DNA from: a virus
Length of the DNA stretch: 36,529 bases
Virus genome (UHGV): UHGV-1373462
Strand: one strand, 5' to 3'
Shown here: piece by piece, positions 35,169 to 36,529 of the stretch
Layout: every line of letters starts with the position of its first letter
Position numbering within the stretch: the first letter of the stretch is position 1
Notes under the pieces: generated by a model
What the model was told of the DNA's origin: nothing
The model's input: the letters and a program-made list of their open reading frames with translations, nothing else
Database searches by the model: none
Made by a program: the position numbers and the translations under genes

Positions 35169-36500
35169 TCATAACTTTTTTGCGTGCCAGAAAATCCTAT
35201 CGGCATATAACTCATAAGCATCTTTCTGTTCAACCAGCCAATCATGTTTGTTATACACCGCCATCACGCCTCCCAGTTCATGCCCCAACATTTTTTCGGT
35301 GACATGGGGCATAACCCCTTCCCCTGATAAATTCGTCACAAGCGAGCGCCTGAAGTCGTGGGTTCGCCATTCCGGTATATCAATTTTATCCCTTAATTTT
35401 TTCATATAGAGATTTGCTGACGAGCGATCTATAGGCTTGTCCAGTTCCTGGCCAGGAAACAGAACATCGTTTCCTGCATTGAGGAGTCTTTCAACAAAAG
35501 GTTTCACCTGATCGAACACCGGTCGACGGATAACGTTACCCATCTTGGAATGCTCTCCTGGCGTCGTCCAGATAAGATCATCCATGTTGAATTCGCTGGC
35601 GGTAGCTAGACGCAGCTCTGATAGCCTGGCTCCCCAAAGCAAAAGCAGCTGATGAAGCACCTTGTTGGAGGTAACGATCTTGTTGTTCTCCAGCGCCAGC
35701 CAGATTTTTGCCAATTCGGTATACGTGAGAACACGGCTACCCACATCAGGTTTTTTGCCAATGGTCTTAACGCTAAGCTTCAGGACCTCGCACGATGGGA
35801 TCAACTGGCGGCTGATACACCAGTTCATGACTGAACGTAGCTGTAGAAGAAGTACCCTGGCCTTTTTGCTGTTCTTCTTTTCCTGCTTATCAAAGAAACG
35901 CACCCATGCCGAAACAGGAATGTTTACTACCGGAGCGTCCGGGAATTCTGTGTACATCGTGTTGTACACAACTGACTTGTACAGCGTCTGAGTGTTCGGC
36001 TTCAGCGTTTCAACATACTTGCTCCACCACTGATCCAGGCACTCTTTTAGTGTCAGCTCGCCATCTTCTTTGGCAAAATAATTTTTCGGGTTTAGTCCCT
36101 TGAGGTACAATTCGCGCATCTCACCGACGACTACGCGCGCCTCCTTGAGAGACATAGCGGGATAGCGGCCAATGGAGAGGCGAACGGGCTTACCGTTCCA
36201 GCGATAACGAAACTGGAATGTGATCGTGCCTGTGGGAGTTATGCGTACACTCAGCCCGTCACCATCTGTGACCTCAGCTGCGCCGCTATATGGCTTAGCA
36301 TTGATGCTACGGAGTTTGGTATCACTAAGGGCCACGGCTCTGTATCCTGTACACACTGAAATTCTGCATTCTGTACTCAATGTGTACGCAATGGCAAGTG
36401 AACGAAGTGATTTTCTAAGCGAATCGATGCGAACGGAAAGGAAATAAAAGGAATGAAATGCTTGATGGTACGGGGAATGATAGGATAACATGCAACACAA
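35169..36500 (-). CDS. int: Tyrosine integrase, P4/CP4-57 IntA-like
   Basis: The N-terminus is an integrase arm domain (LSDTKLRSINAKPY...GLSVRITPTGTITFQFRYR). The C-terminal catalytic region has HDFRRS and MLGHELGGVMAVYNKHDW. The true start is likely the GTG at 36335 (SD AGGA), which aligns with IntA; the track start at 36500 is TTG. Confidence 0.9.
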   Translation of the reverse strand: MCCMLSYHSPYHQAFHSFYFLSVRIDSLRKSLRSLAIAYTLSTECRISVCTGYRAVALSDTKLRSINAKPYSGAAEVTDGDGLSVRITPTGTITFQFRYRWNGKPVRLSIGRYPAMSLKEARVVVGEMRELYLKGLNPKNYFAKEDGELTLKECLDQWWSKYVETLKPNTQTLYKSVVYNTMYTEFPDAPVVNIPVSAWVRFFDKQEKKNSKKARVLLLQLRSVMNWCISRQLIPSCEVLKLSVKTIGKKPDVGSRVLTYTELAKIWLALENNKIVTSNKVLHQLLLLWGARLSELRLATASEFNMDDLIWTTPGEHSKMGNVIRRPVFDQVKPFVERLLNAGNDVLFPGQELDKPIDRSSANLYMKKLRDKIDIPEWRTHDFRRSLVTNLSGEGVMPHVTEKMLGHELGGVMAVYNKHDWLVEQKDAYELYADRIFWHAKKL

Positions 36501-36529
36501 GCTGAACGCTTAAAAATCAGTAAGTTCTA

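Noticed and set aside
36336-36529. Possible attR core or tRNA 3' end next to the integrase start, and a matching attL near 700-1041
   Set aside because: Only about 190 nt remain to the right of the probable integrase start and no tRNA structure is visible. The only left-end similarity I could find by eye (AAGGAATGGTA-like near 940) is too short to call a direct repeat. The boundaries are therefore left undefined.
1-36529. CRISPR arrays, rRNA/tRNA genes, IS elements
   Set aside because: No regularly spaced direct repeats of 25-40 bp, no rRNA-like or cloverleaf-forming segments, and no transposase-like ORFs or terminal inverted repeats were seen on manual inspection.

Overview
The window is almost entirely one lambdoid, HK97-like siphovirus prophage from an enterobacterial host, with most genes on the minus strand. 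Reading right to left, the modules are: a P4-type tyrosine integrase at the far right (35169..36500); an AlpA/Xis-like gene; a plus-strand early-left operon (ParB-like, MazG-like and several small proteins); and an immunity region with an S24-type CI repressor, divergent Cro and a CII/YdaT-like gene. Next is a replication module with an O-like initiator carrying internal iterons, followed by Dam methylase, RusA, a DUF968 protein and a Q-like antiterminator with tR'. A lysis cassette follows (holin, GH19 endolysin, overlapped spanins), then an HNH endonuclease, TerS (P27 family) and TerL. The structural genes run portal, protease, HK97 major capsid, connector proteins, major tail protein, G/T chaperones with a likely -1 frameshift, tape measure, minor tail proteins, an NlpC/P60 protein and a J-like tip protein. 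The last structural gene is a side fibre with four tandem repeats and a C-terminal SGNH esterase domain. AT-rich morons with their own terminators are inserted at five classic positions: integrase-proximal, T/TMP junction, Q/holin junction, lysis/terminase junction and downstream of the fibre. The left approximately 700 bp carries a two-gene operon behind a near-consensus LexA box whose second gene is a UmuD-like protein. The attachment sites and any flanking tRNA are not visible in this window.
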